The notes under the pieces are model-generated. The model was not told the origin of the DNA and ran no database searches. It worked only from the letters and a program-made list of their open reading frames with translations. The position numbers were made by a program, and so were the translations under genes. Positions 1 through 8,700 of a stretch of DNA of 64,000 nucleotides are shown in pieces (position 1 is the stretch's first letter; the number at the start of each line of letters is the position of its first letter). The stretch spans positions 32,001 to 96,000 of IMG/VR virus record IMGVR_UViG_3300012952_003952. One strand, written 5' to 3'. The DNA is from a virus. Its lineage: Duplodnaviria > Caudoviricetes.

Positions 1-17
1 TGTGCAAGTCGACTATT

Positions 18-281
18 GTGAAAGGAAAAGAGCAGCTAGCTAGTATACCGAATCTTTCAGATATTAAGTTAGAAATTCCTGAATCGTTATCAGATTTACT
101 TACATCTTACAACGCGGACATAACCGTTTGGCAGCATGCGCAATTTATTTTGCGGCATCAAAAATGGGGGACTAAGATTATAATTCAGAGAGAAGAAAAT
201 GAAGAAGATGTTAGCGGTAAAATACTAATATTCGTGGGTCCTCGCCAGTTTAGAATGGAAAGTTTTCAAGAGAGCAGATAA
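18..281 (+). CDS. Hypothetical protein (start uncertain, near window edge)
   Basis: 87-aa ORF coupled to the next gene by a TAATG overlap; no recognisable motif. Confidence 0.55.
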   Translation: MKGKEQLASIPNLSDIKLEIPESLSDLLTSYNADITVWQHAQFILRHQKWGTKIIIQREENEEDVSGKILIFVGPRQFRMESFQESR

Positions 282-520
282 TGAAAAATAAAATATATGG
301 ATCAACACCAGAAGAACAGAAGCTAGAATCAGCAATAGAAGCTAGAGAGATCTCTCAAACCATTATGCAGCACGGAGTTACCCAATATCAAATTGCAAAA
401 ATAATATATTTACTATCTCTCGAGCTAGAGGATAGAAATGTTCTTTCTGATGTATCTAAGGCAATAATGCCTTTACTAAACGAAGAAAATAATAAAGATT
501 CTAATATCATCATTTCTTAA
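281..520 (+). CDS. Hypothetical small helical protein
   Basis: 79-aa ORF in operon with its neighbours; no recognisable motif. Confidence 0.65.
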   Translation: MKNKIYGSTPEEQKLESAIEAREISQTIMQHGVTQYQIAKIIYLLSLELEDRNVLSDVSKAIMPLLNEENNKDSNIIIS

Positions 521-531
521 AGGAGAAGAAG

Positions 532-729
532 ATGGCTAATAACGAAATTTTAGAAAAGTGGAGAGAGCTTAAAGTCTTAGTGGAAAGTCTAGAATTAGAT
601 GTACACAAACACGCTAACGGTAATTCTTCTGCTGGTGTAAGAGCTAGAAGAGGGTTAAGACTACTAAAAGGCGAGACGGCAAGTTTGGTTAAACTTTCTT
701 TATCACACGAGAAAGAAAAGAAATCTTGA
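532..729 (+). CDS. Histone H1-like (Hc1-family N-terminal domain) nucleoid protein
   Basis: Motif LVESLELD...GNSSAGVRARRGLRLLK matches the Hc1 GN.AAG.RAR helix-turn pattern. Strong SD AAGGAG at ~519-524. Confidence 0.7.
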   Translation: MANNEILEKWRELKVLVESLELDVHKHANGNSSAGVRARRGLRLLKGETASLVKLSLSHEKEKKS

Positions 730-739
730 CTTATTCTTA

Positions 740-1108
740 GGGCCCGAAACGGCTTCGACGGGGTAGGAGAGAACGAGAGTGCAGGTGGTCACACGAAATA
801 GCGGACCTTAAACGCGGTTTCAAAACTTTAATTGCCAATAACAATTATCACTTCGAATCTGCCCGCTTAGCGGCTTAATCGGTGGGGTTGCTTAAGACCT
901 TATTACCCAATTTAAGATAGCAGGTAGAGATCCTGCGAAATAAAAAAATCAGAACGGTTTCCTGGAAACAGGCGGGGCGCAACAGGTTGATAAGCGCAGG
1001 GTTAATCAACTACCTTTTCTAATTTGTGATAGTAAATTAGACAAACCTGTGAATGACTTGACTTTGAAGCTATTGCGGACGCGGGTTCGACTCCCGCCGG
1101 GTCCACCA
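740..1108 (+). ncRNA. ssrA: tmRNA (transfer-messenger RNA), one-piece, CCA encoded
   Basis: 5' GGGCCCG (740-746) pairs with CGGGTCC-A-CCA (to 1108) with the G3:U70 alanine determinant. 5' GGCTTCGACGGG. T-arm GCGGG-TTCGACT-CCCGC. Internal tag ORF ends in LAA-stop. Confidence 0.97.
834..878 (+). other. tmRNA proteolysis-tag reading frame ANNNYHFESARLAA*
   Basis: GCC AAT AAC AAT TAT CAC TTC GAA TCT GCC CGC TTA GCG GCT TAA after an AT-rich resume context (TTAATT). C-terminal LAA is the canonical ClpXP degron. Confidence 0.9.
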
Positions 1109-1127
1109 TTTATAAAATGTGAAAATA

Positions 1128-1136
1128 TGCTACAAT
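1128..1136 (+). promoter_or_regulatory. Possible extended -10 promoter (TGcTACAAT) giving a leaderless mRNA
   Basis: TG-n-TACAAT ends 6 nt before the ATG at 1143; no SD in between. Confidence 0.35.
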
Positions 1137-1142
1137 AGAATT

Positions 1143-1865
1143 ATGATTCCAAACCTTCCTAGAAAACAAGTGCAGCTTTTAAGCTTTTTGTTATTTGCAG
1201 CTGGAGCGCTTGTTATTATTGCCGGCGGGTGGCAGAACGAAGCTGCCCGGTCTGTAGGGATAACGCTGATGGCGGGATCTATATGGTTTATCATGATGGC
1301 TGAGTCTGTTCTTCTTGGGAAGGTCCAGACAGAAATGACTCGTGCGCTAGAATCATTTAGAAAGAAGCAAGAAGTTGAAATTCAAGACCTCCTCTATTTT
1401 CTTAGGCAATCTCGAATAGCAGCGTCACCACTCGAATCTATAGACGGAGCCAAAAAACTGTGTAGCACTATCCATTATCCGGCGATGGTTTTAACAATAA
1501 GCCATCAAATCATTAAAGCTAATGAAAAAATGCACAATCTCGTCGGGTGGGGTGAGGGCGAATTAAATGGAAAACCAGCCCATTTCATTAACGATCTAGT
1601 TGTAATGTCGAAGATTGGTGAGCGTTGCGCAATGCCTGAGCATGTAGACAAAAAAGCTATGATAACTCAATATGTTTACGTACACAGATCTGGAAAAAAA
1701 ATATTCGGCCAGATGGATGCAGCAAAAATTGGTGATGACGGATACTTTGTCGTGTTCCACCCTTCGAAAGACTGTGTTATTTCTTATGATGAAATTAGAA
1801 AAATGTCAATGCAAAAAGAAAACGACACTTATGATTCTGCCATAGCGGAATTTAAAAAATTATGA
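1143..1865 (+). CDS. Membrane-anchored PAS-domain protein without an output domain
   Basis: Two N-terminal hydrophobic helices, a coiled linker, then a PAS pattern (PAMVLT..HQIIKANEKMHNLVGW...ELNGK...YVHRSGKKIF). The ORF track starts at GTG 1119; ATG 1143 is preferred. Confidence 0.75.
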   Translation: MIPNLPRKQVQLLSFLLFAAGALVIIAGGWQNEAARSVGITLMAGSIWFIMMAESVLLGKVQTEMTRALESFRKKQEVEIQDLLYFLRQSRIAASPLESIDGAKKLCSTIHYPAMVLTISHQIIKANEKMHNLVGWGEGELNGKPAHFINDLVVMSKIGERCAMPEHVDKKAMITQYVYVHRSGKKIFGQMDAAKIGDDGYFVVFHPSKDCVISYDEIRKMSMQKENDTYDSAIAEFKKL

Positions 1866-1868
1866 TAG

Positions 1869-2120
1869 ATGGAAGACTATAATAAAGAAGACCGAATTAT
1901 GATAGCCGCTGTAGCTTCTGCAGTGGCTAGGGCTATACTCTATATTGGTTTATGTATTACTTTAGGCATATTACTTTCTAAGTGTTCAGTTAACTCTGAG
2001 ACCATTGTTCAGTGTGAAGAATCATGTGGGACAGATGGTATAAAAGAAGTTACTTCTTGGAGTTGTAAGTGTGGAGACAAAGAAGCAATGTCTGAGTCTC
2101 CTTGGGTATTGCCCAGGTAG
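1869..2120 (+). CDS. Small membrane protein with a Cys-rich C-terminal domain
   Basis: One long hydrophobic helix followed by a CEESC...CKC cysteine cluster. Confidence 0.6.
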   Translation: MEDYNKEDRIMIAAVASAVARAILYIGLCITLGILLSKCSVNSETIVQCEESCGTDGIKEVTSWSCKCGDKEAMSESPWVLPR

Positions 2121-2250
2121 CCAATAATTTATCTTTCTTATATTTAAACATAGAAAAGTGCATAATTAAGGGTGGAATGTGGCCTCTCGAACAAATAATC
2201 TCTTCGGAAGAGAGACTAAAAAAGAAAAAAAGAAAAAGAAGGATGTGACT

Positions 2251-3354
2251 ATGCCAATAGATCCAAAAGAAGAAAACCAAGAAGAACAAGTAGACGACAC
2301 CTATATCAATGCTCCAGATGCTGGAGATGATTTTGATTTTGTCATGGCTTATGATGATGATCCAGCTGAAGCTGATGAAAGACTGCTTCCTGATAACTCT
2401 GTTAGATCTGCTATATCTTGCGGGTTTATTGGAGTAGGCGGTGGCGGTGGAAAGCTAGCAAAAGCTTTCTTAGATCTTGGGTTCAATAAAACTATTTTAG
2501 TTAACACTACTCAGAAAGATCAACCTGGCGGATTAGACCCTTCTCATTTTGTCTTGGTTCCAGGCGCAGACGGAGTAGGAAAAGATATTACTCTTGGTAA
2601 AAAAGTCCTTCAAGAAAATAGTGCTTTTGTTGAAGACGCAGTTCGAACTAGACTTGGACAAGTAGACTGGCTTTTTGTCTGCGCTGGAGGAGGGGGAGGT
2701 ACCGGAAGTGCTAGCCATGAGCTGCACGGATCTCTTAGCCGTTATCTGTCTTCTATAGAGTCTAGCGGAAAGGTTGTCTACATAGTAACAAAGCCCACTG
2801 CACAAGAGATGCTAAATCCAACTATATCTAAAAATTACAAGTCTCTTATCGAAGATGTTAAAACCGTTCCCCACATTATTATTGATAATGAAAAACAGCT
2901 ACAGTTGTTAAGAGGAAAGGTCGGAATGATGAACATGTTCCCTGCAGCTAATAAGAATTTTGCCAAACTATTGTCGCAAGTTTTAAAATTAGCTGATGAA
3001 CACACTGACATCCAAACTTTTGACACTAAAGATCTAGAAAAATGTCTAAGTACCGATGGTAGAATAGTAGTCGGCAGTACTGTAGTAAGAGACGTTACTA
3101 GAAATGATCTTGGATCTCTAGTATATCAAGGTTGCTTAAGATCATCTCCATGTCCAAAACCTACAGGAAACGCAGCTACCGGAACGCTACTGCTAGTTGT
3201 AGATGGTCACATGGCTTCTGATCCGGATGTAAGTAGAAGACTAGAGTCTGCTTTTTCTTATGTTGGAGGAAGAGCTAGCACGTTGTTCTCTGGGGTCTAT
3301 GTGAAAGAGGGAATTCCAGGCCTCATTGCAATAACAATACTTGGTGGACTATAA
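2251..3354 (+). CDS. Tubulin/FtsZ-family GTPase (PhuZ/TubZ-like) with an acidic N-terminal extension
   Basis: GFIGVGGGGGK (T1), GADGVGKD, tubulin signature GGGGGTGS, IIIDNE, and T7-loop-like TFDTKD. The ORF track starts at GTG 2179; ATG 2251 has SD AAGGA 7 nt upstream. Confidence 0.9.
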   Translation: MPIDPKEENQEEQVDDTYINAPDAGDDFDFVMAYDDDPAEADERLLPDNSVRSAISCGFIGVGGGGGKLAKAFLDLGFNKTILVNTTQKDQPGGLDPSHFVLVPGADGVGKDITLGKKVLQENSAFVEDAVRTRLGQVDWLFVCAGGGGGTGSASHELHGSLSRYLSSIESSGKVVYIVTKPTAQEMLNPTISKNYKSLIEDVKTVPHIIIDNEKQLQLLRGKVGMMNMFPAANKNFAKLLSQVLKLADEHTDIQTFDTKDLEKCLSTDGRIVVGSTVVRDVTRNDLGSLVYQGCLRSSPCPKPTGNAATGTLLLVVDGHMASDPDVSRRLESAFSYVGGRASTLFSGVYVKEGIPGLIAITILGGL

Positions 3355-3355
3355 A

Positions 3356-3547
3356 ATGAAGATAAGATTTATAGAAGCTTTAAAAGCTAAAATGTCTACT
3401 AATGTTATAGAAGTCGAGTTAGAAGAAGAAGAGGAAATCACTGACGAAATCATAAAATCTTTGTATGAATTAAAAAATGCTTATGATTTGCCTACTGAAG
3501 AAGTAGAATATGCGGTGGCTTCTAGAAATATAAAGACTCACAATTGA
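3356..3547 (+). CDS. Small acidic hypothetical protein directly downstream of the tubulin
   Basis: ATG 1 nt after the tubulin stop; acidic run EVELEEEEEITDE. The ORF track starts at 3341. Confidence 0.55.
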   Translation: MKIRFIEALKAKMSTNVIEVELEEEEEITDEIIKSLYELKNAYDLPTEEVEYAVASRNIKTHN

Positions 3548-3789
3548 TTTAAAATAGAAAGATTTTTTAGTTTTTGAAATATAGATTTTTCTATTTGGCA
3601 GATTCTCATTCTTGTCACGCTAAAAATATCTCCAATCTCTTGGAGAGTATGCGGACCTTTTTTAGACGCTATTATGGTACAATTTTGATTCTCTTTAGAC
3701 GCTATCCAGTATTTGCAGGATGACTTCTTACAATTAAAAATGTGTCTTTCACATTCTTCAAAGCATATTTTATTTTTATTTTCTGGCAT
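3538..3789 (-). CDS. Stand-alone sigma-70 region-4 HTH protein with a Cys-rich N-terminus
   Basis: HTLQEIGDIFSVTRMRICQIEKSIFQKLK matches the sigma-4 TL.EIG...VTRERIRQIE..AL.KL consensus. Five Cys precede it. SD-like AGGGA upstream on the minus strand. Confidence 0.85.
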   Translation of the reverse strand: MPENKNKICFEECERHIFNCKKSSCKYWIASKENQNCTIIASKKGPHTLQEIGDIFSVTRMRICQIEKSIFQKLKNLSILNQL

Positions 3790-3865
3790 TCATGAATTCC
3801 CTAGTGTCATATTTATATTAACAAACATAATAACGGGTTTGAAATATGTACAGAGGAAATATTAT

Positions 3866-5161
3866 ATGAGTACTAGAAAAATGTTAGTGATCGACACCAG
3901 CGTTTTGCTTTATGACATGAAATCCATTCATTCTTTTCCTGGAAATGATGTTGTAATACCGTTAATAGTTTTAGATGAACTAGATAGGTTTAAAGAAAAA
4001 CCTGGTCTTTTAGGTGAATCTGCCAGATATGTTAATAGATTCTTAGATAACCTCAGAGAACACGGAAAGCTTGACCAAGGTATTACCATACCAGAATCGG
4101 ACCAAACAATCAGAGTGGCGCTGAAGACTCCCAGATATGACATGCTGAATGATTGGGATCAAGACAAAGGTGATAATAGAATAATTTCTATAGCCCTTGG
4201 TTTAAAAGACGAAAATAACAACGAAGATGTGGTGGTCAAAGTAGTCACTAAAGACATTAACCTTAGGGTTAAATGTGACGCTTTAGGAATCCACGCAGAA
4301 GATTATTTTGCTGACCATATCGATATCGAAACAGAAGGAGAATATAAAGGCTGGAGAGAAATAGCTTTAATGCCTGAACAAATAGACGATTTTTATTCTT
4401 CTAGTTTTGATGTTCCAAAAGATTTAAGTTTAATAGAAAATGAATTTATAGTAGCAAAAGCTGGAAGCAGTTCTTTCATAGCTTTACATAAAGACGGAAA
4501 ATTTAATAAACTAAATTCTAAAATAGAGTCAATATCTAAAATAGAACCAAAAAACAAAGAACAAAAGTTCGCCATTGAATCTTTATTACGAGAAGATATC
4601 CCGCTTGTGACCCTTACAGGGCTGGCTGGATCTGGAAAAACATTCTTAACTTTAATGGCCGCGCTTGAAGCTAGAAATAGAGGAGATTATTCTAGAATAG
4701 TTTTTACTCGCTCTCTACAAAGCGTTGGAAAAGATATGGGATACTTACCTGGAGACTTAAAAGAAAAAATGGCTCCTTGGCTAGCCCCTATAGTAGATAA
4801 CTTTAGACACGTTTTTAAAGATGTCACATATTTCGATATGATGATAGAGCGAGGCGAAATAGAGATCGCTCCTTTATCTTACATACGGGGACGGACTTTT
4901 AATGATAGTTTTGTTATTGTAGATGAAGCTCAAAATGCAACAATTCATGAGCTTAAAACTATTATAACAAGAATAGGAACAAATTCTAAAGTGGTTCTTT
5001 TAGGAGATACAGACCAAATAGATACTCCATACATTGGAAAAAATTCTAACGGTCTTAGCATTGTAATTAATAAATTTAAAAAGAGCCCGCTTCATGCTCA
5101 CGTTCATCTTGCAAGAGGTCAGAGATCAGAACTTGCATCTGCAGCCTCTAAAATTCTATAA
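3866..5161 (+). CDS. phoH: PIN-domain + PhoH ATPase (PhoH2/YlaK-like)
   Basis: N-terminal PIN LVIDTSVLL..., VLDELD, D...DNRII, VTKDINLR. Walker A GLAGSGKT, YIRGRTF, VDEAQN, LGDTDQID. SD GAGG before ATG 3866. Confidence 0.93.
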   Translation: MSTRKMLVIDTSVLLYDMKSIHSFPGNDVVIPLIVLDELDRFKEKPGLLGESARYVNRFLDNLREHGKLDQGITIPESDQTIRVALKTPRYDMLNDWDQDKGDNRIISIALGLKDENNNEDVVVKVVTKDINLRVKCDALGIHAEDYFADHIDIETEGEYKGWREIALMPEQIDDFYSSSFDVPKDLSLIENEFIVAKAGSSSFIALHKDGKFNKLNSKIESISKIEPKNKEQKFAIESLLREDIPLVTLTGLAGSGKTFLTLMAALEARNRGDYSRIVFTRSLQSVGKDMGYLPGDLKEKMAPWLAPIVDNFRHVFKDVTYFDMMIERGEIEIAPLSYIRGRTFNDSFVIVDEAQNATIHELKTIITRIGTNSKVVLLGDTDQIDTPYIGKNSNGLSIVINKFKKSPLHAHVHLARGQRSELASAASKIL

Positions 5162-5192
5162 ATGTAATAGTTATTAACTGGGAAATAAATAA

Positions 5193-5510
5193 ATGGCCAG
5201 AATCATAAATAAAAATCAACGTCGCAAAGTCTATCCTAGAGTTAGAAAAAGGCCGGTGTATGAAGATTGTGGTGGTGGTGGTGTTGATGTAGAAACTGCT
5301 ATTTTAACTTTTGCTGGAGAGAGTTCTGTAACTTATAGTTTCGTAAAAAGCTACCCCACATATTATCCAGCCGTTACGGTTGTTGCGGCAGGCAGTGACA
5401 ACAACATCAATTTATTTATTTCAAGTATCGATACAACTACAGTCACAATAAGTGCTAGCCAGCCATTTCATGGTACTGCACACTTGGTCGCTGTAGAGAG
5501 GTCAATATGA
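5193..5510 (+). CDS. Small beta-sandwich protein (H-type-lectin/tail-tip-like) with a basic N-terminus
   Basis: Pattern F...Y..YPAVTV...INLFISSI.TTTVTISAS..F.GTAHL; paralogous to the next gene. Confidence 0.5.
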   Translation: MARIINKNQRRKVYPRVRKRPVYEDCGGGGVDVETAILTFAGESSVTYSFVKSYPTYYPAVTVVAAGSDNNINLFISSIDTTTVTISASQPFHGTAHLVAVERSI

Positions 5511-5725
5511 TAGTTGAGGGTTCGGTAATTTCTTTTGCTGGAGAATCAAGCAAAATTCATGTCTTTGCAAAAACCCACAGCTCCTCACCGGTTGTGAGTT
5601 TAACGGCTGAAGGTTCTATAGCTGATGTGAATCTTTATGTTTCGAGTGTTAGTGTAGACCAAGTTACTATTGAAGCTAGTGAAGACTTCACAGGAAATGT
5701 TCATCTTCATGCTTGGTCTTCATAA
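5507..5725 (+). CDS. Small beta-sandwich protein, paralog of 5193-5510
   Basis: F...H..SPVVSLT...VNLYVSSVSVDQVTIEAS..FTGNVHL aligns with the upstream paralog; ATGA overlap. Confidence 0.5.
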   Translation: MIVEGSVISFAGESSKIHVFAKTHSSSPVVSLTAEGSIADVNLYVSSVSVDQVTIEASEDFTGNVHLHAWSS

Positions 5726-5774
5726 TTTTAAAGACATGTATCATATTTACTTAACAGATTAGTAAGGTAATAAA

Positions 5775-8700
5775 ATGGCATCCGATTTTAGAGCAGAAAG
5801 AACAAGAACAAACAGTATTATTTCTAGCGGCAGTTCACCAACGACTAAGCCGTTATTTTCGCTTTATCACTCCACTTCTGCGACTAACTTTACTGGTGGC
5901 ACAGCCACTGGACTTTTTGATGGTGTTGGTACTGATGTATACTCATTCTTTTCAGGATCTAAAGACCATAAAAATGTTTTAGGTTCTCGCGGGGTGACGC
6001 TATTTGGTGGAGATGTTGTAATATCTGGTACTCTTTACGCAGATAAACAAGTAATAGAAATAGACGAAACAGTAACTGGAAGCCTTACCGTTTCTGGCTC
6101 TCTTGTAGTTTCTCAAAGTATAGAAGCCGGCCAACACTTACACATAAATTCTTCTGGTGGCCCTTTTGGATACGCAAACTTTGGATCGGTAGCTTTGGCT
6201 TCTGGTTATGGTTTTAGAGCTGCTGGTGGTACGATGCAGTTCAAGAATACTGGCGGCGCATGGACCGCTATAGGAACTGGTACCGGAGGAAGCTCACTTT
6301 GGATGACAGGATCTGCCGGAGCAGTGACCGGTGGTGGAACATTACTCAACTGGGTATCTACTACTGGATCGATAGCAGTATCAGGATCTTATTTAGACCT
6401 TCACGGCTATATTCGAGAAATCGGTTACCAGACTACTAACTATCATAGGTTTAATAATAACGGGCAGAGCTTTAACGCTGAGGGTGTGAGTATGATGGAA
6501 CTATCATCACTCAGCGGTCAGAAGTTGATTCTGATAAATGCAGCTAACGCGAATGTTGATTTTCGTGTAGATTCTGCAAATAGAGACAAAGCCTTTTATG
6601 TCGATGCTGATTTAGACAGAGTTTCTATACTTTCTGGAGCTTTGAATACTGATGGAGAAGGCATTGATATTGCGTTCTTCGTATCTGGATCTAAGGGTGG
6701 AAAAGACGGAAAAGATCGAGGAGTCTCTCTCTTCGGCGGCGACTTAGTAACTTCAGGAACAGTTATTTCTAGAGGTGCTAACGGCGGCGCAATTACTGGT
6801 TCTATAACCAGAACTTCCGATGGTAAATCTTATATTGCCGCCGGCGCAAATATTACTATTACTTCTGGATCAGATGGACAGATATTAATTGCAGGCGCAG
6901 CAGGTGCAGCTCCTGAATGGACAGATGGCGGTGGCTTGACCGGTCCTCTTTACCCAGCCGGAAACAGTGGTGTACAAAATGTCGTTATTGGCGGTACAGG
7001 TTTAGCTAGCGCAGACATATTGCTTGGTAGCGCTGGGTCTGCAGAGTTTAACAAACAAGCTGGCGCCGGACAAGAATTTGTAGTTAGTACAGTTGGTAGA
7101 GGTTCTGCCATTCACGTTAAATCTTCGGATAATACCGTAGATATTCTATCCGGATCTGGGGTCACTGGTGGAGATGGCGCAGATGTTGCATTCTTCGTAT
7201 CTGGCTCTGTTTCAGGTAAAGACGGAAAAGATCGAGGAGTAGCAGTATTTGCAGGAGATCTATTAACTTCAGGAGTGCTCTACATAGAGGGAAGCAGAGA
7301 CTACCAAGGCGCGACATCAGCTGCCATAGTTTTAAATGACACACTTCACAGTCGAATAGTCTGGAACTCAGAATCTGATTCTAATACTCCAGATGCACAA
7401 ATCTGGGAGCAGAACGGAGATCTATATTTAAGCGCTTCAGATGAAATTGAATTGCAAAGCAACACTGCAACTTCCATCACCGGTTATGGTGATGTAAGGT
7501 ATGTAGCATTTTCCAGAACAGGCGGCACTCAAAGAAAAGCTATGTTCAATCCTTCGCGAAACGACGTTGACTTTGAGATTGCAAATTCTACAAACTATTA
7601 CGCCTTTAAGGTGGACGCTGCGGAAAACTGGATAAGCATTGATAAATTATCTTCTGAACCAATACCAGGTGTAGATGTTAATTTCTTCGTCTCTGGCTCT
7701 ACAACTGGAAAAGACGGAGCTGAACGTTCAGTATCTGTATTTGGCGGAGATTTAGTAACATCTGGTGTACTCTACGTAGAAGGAAATAGAGATTATCAAG
7801 GTGCAACATCTGCAGCTATTGTTTTAAACAGTGCTTTGCACAGTCGAATAGTCTGGAATTCAGAATCTGACTCCAACACTCCAGATGCACAAATTTGGGA
7901 ACAGGGCGGAAGTTTATACTTAAGCTCTTCAGATAATCTTTGGCTAGAGGCTAAAGATGCAATTCTGTTTGATGGCAATGGCGACAAGCGTTTCTTATCA
8001 ATGGACTCAGTCGGCAGTCAGTGGGGAAGTTATTTCAACATACAAAACAATGATCTAGATTTTAGAATTGGCAATACGACGCACGACAGAGCCTTTACTG
8101 TAGACGCTGCAGAAGGAACTGTAAATATTGATAGGAAAATTTCTGACGCGATCCCAGGCTCTGACGTTAACTTCTTCGTATCTGGATCGACCAAGGCAAG
8201 AGGTACTTCGACTAGGGGGGTTTCAGTATTCGGCGGAGACCTAATAATATCAGGTACTCTTTATGCTGATCGTCAAGTAATTGAGGTAGATGAAGCAGTA
8301 ACAGGAAGCCTCAGTGTATCTGGCTCTCTAGTAGTTTCTCAAAGCGCAACAGTCAACGATACAGTCACAGCATTGCTTGGTTTCTCTGGTTCACTTACTA
8401 GATTAACAGATGCAAGATCTTATATTGCCGCTGGAAGCAACATTACAGTTGCTTCTTCTTCAAATGGCCAAATTGTTATCAGCTCTACAGCTGGTGGAAC
8501 AATGTCTAGCTTCGGCCTTGTTGGAGACACTGGTAGTGCTCAATCCATTACAAATGGAAACAATTTAACGATTGCCGGTGGCACCGGTCTAATAACCACT
8601 GCTAGCGCCACGGACACCCTAACTATAGACTTAGATTACAATGGTACAGACAACTTTATAGATGCAGCTCCGAACTTAGAGGGCACCTCAATTAACGCTT

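Noticed and set aside
1081-1108. A tRNA gene at the TTCGA/CCA motif
   Set aside because: It is the 3' tRNA-like half of the tmRNA, with no anticodon arm. No other tRNA-like T-arm/CCA signature was found by eye.
2179-2250. Poly-Lys N-terminus of the tubulin (and similarly 47795-47830 of the sigma)
   Set aside because: A better SD-associated start lies downstream (2251; 47831). The A-rich run is more likely untranslated leader.
3810-3817. T4-type late promoter TATAAATA on the minus strand for the sigma-4 gene
   Set aside because: It is possible, but the same TATTTATA at 34126-34133 would point antisense into the ferredoxin gene. The plus-strand ATATTTA reading explains both sites better, so it is kept only under the motif finding.
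3713-3865. 51-aa N-terminal extension of PhoH given by the ORF track
   Set aside because: It overlaps the minus-strand sigma-4 gene. The PIN domain begins right after ATG 3866, which has an SD.
7297-7900. Duplicated segment as a DGR template/variable repeat pair
   Set aside because: Mismatches are mostly synonymous C/T and not confined to adenines, both copies are in-frame within one gene, and no reverse transcriptase is in the window.
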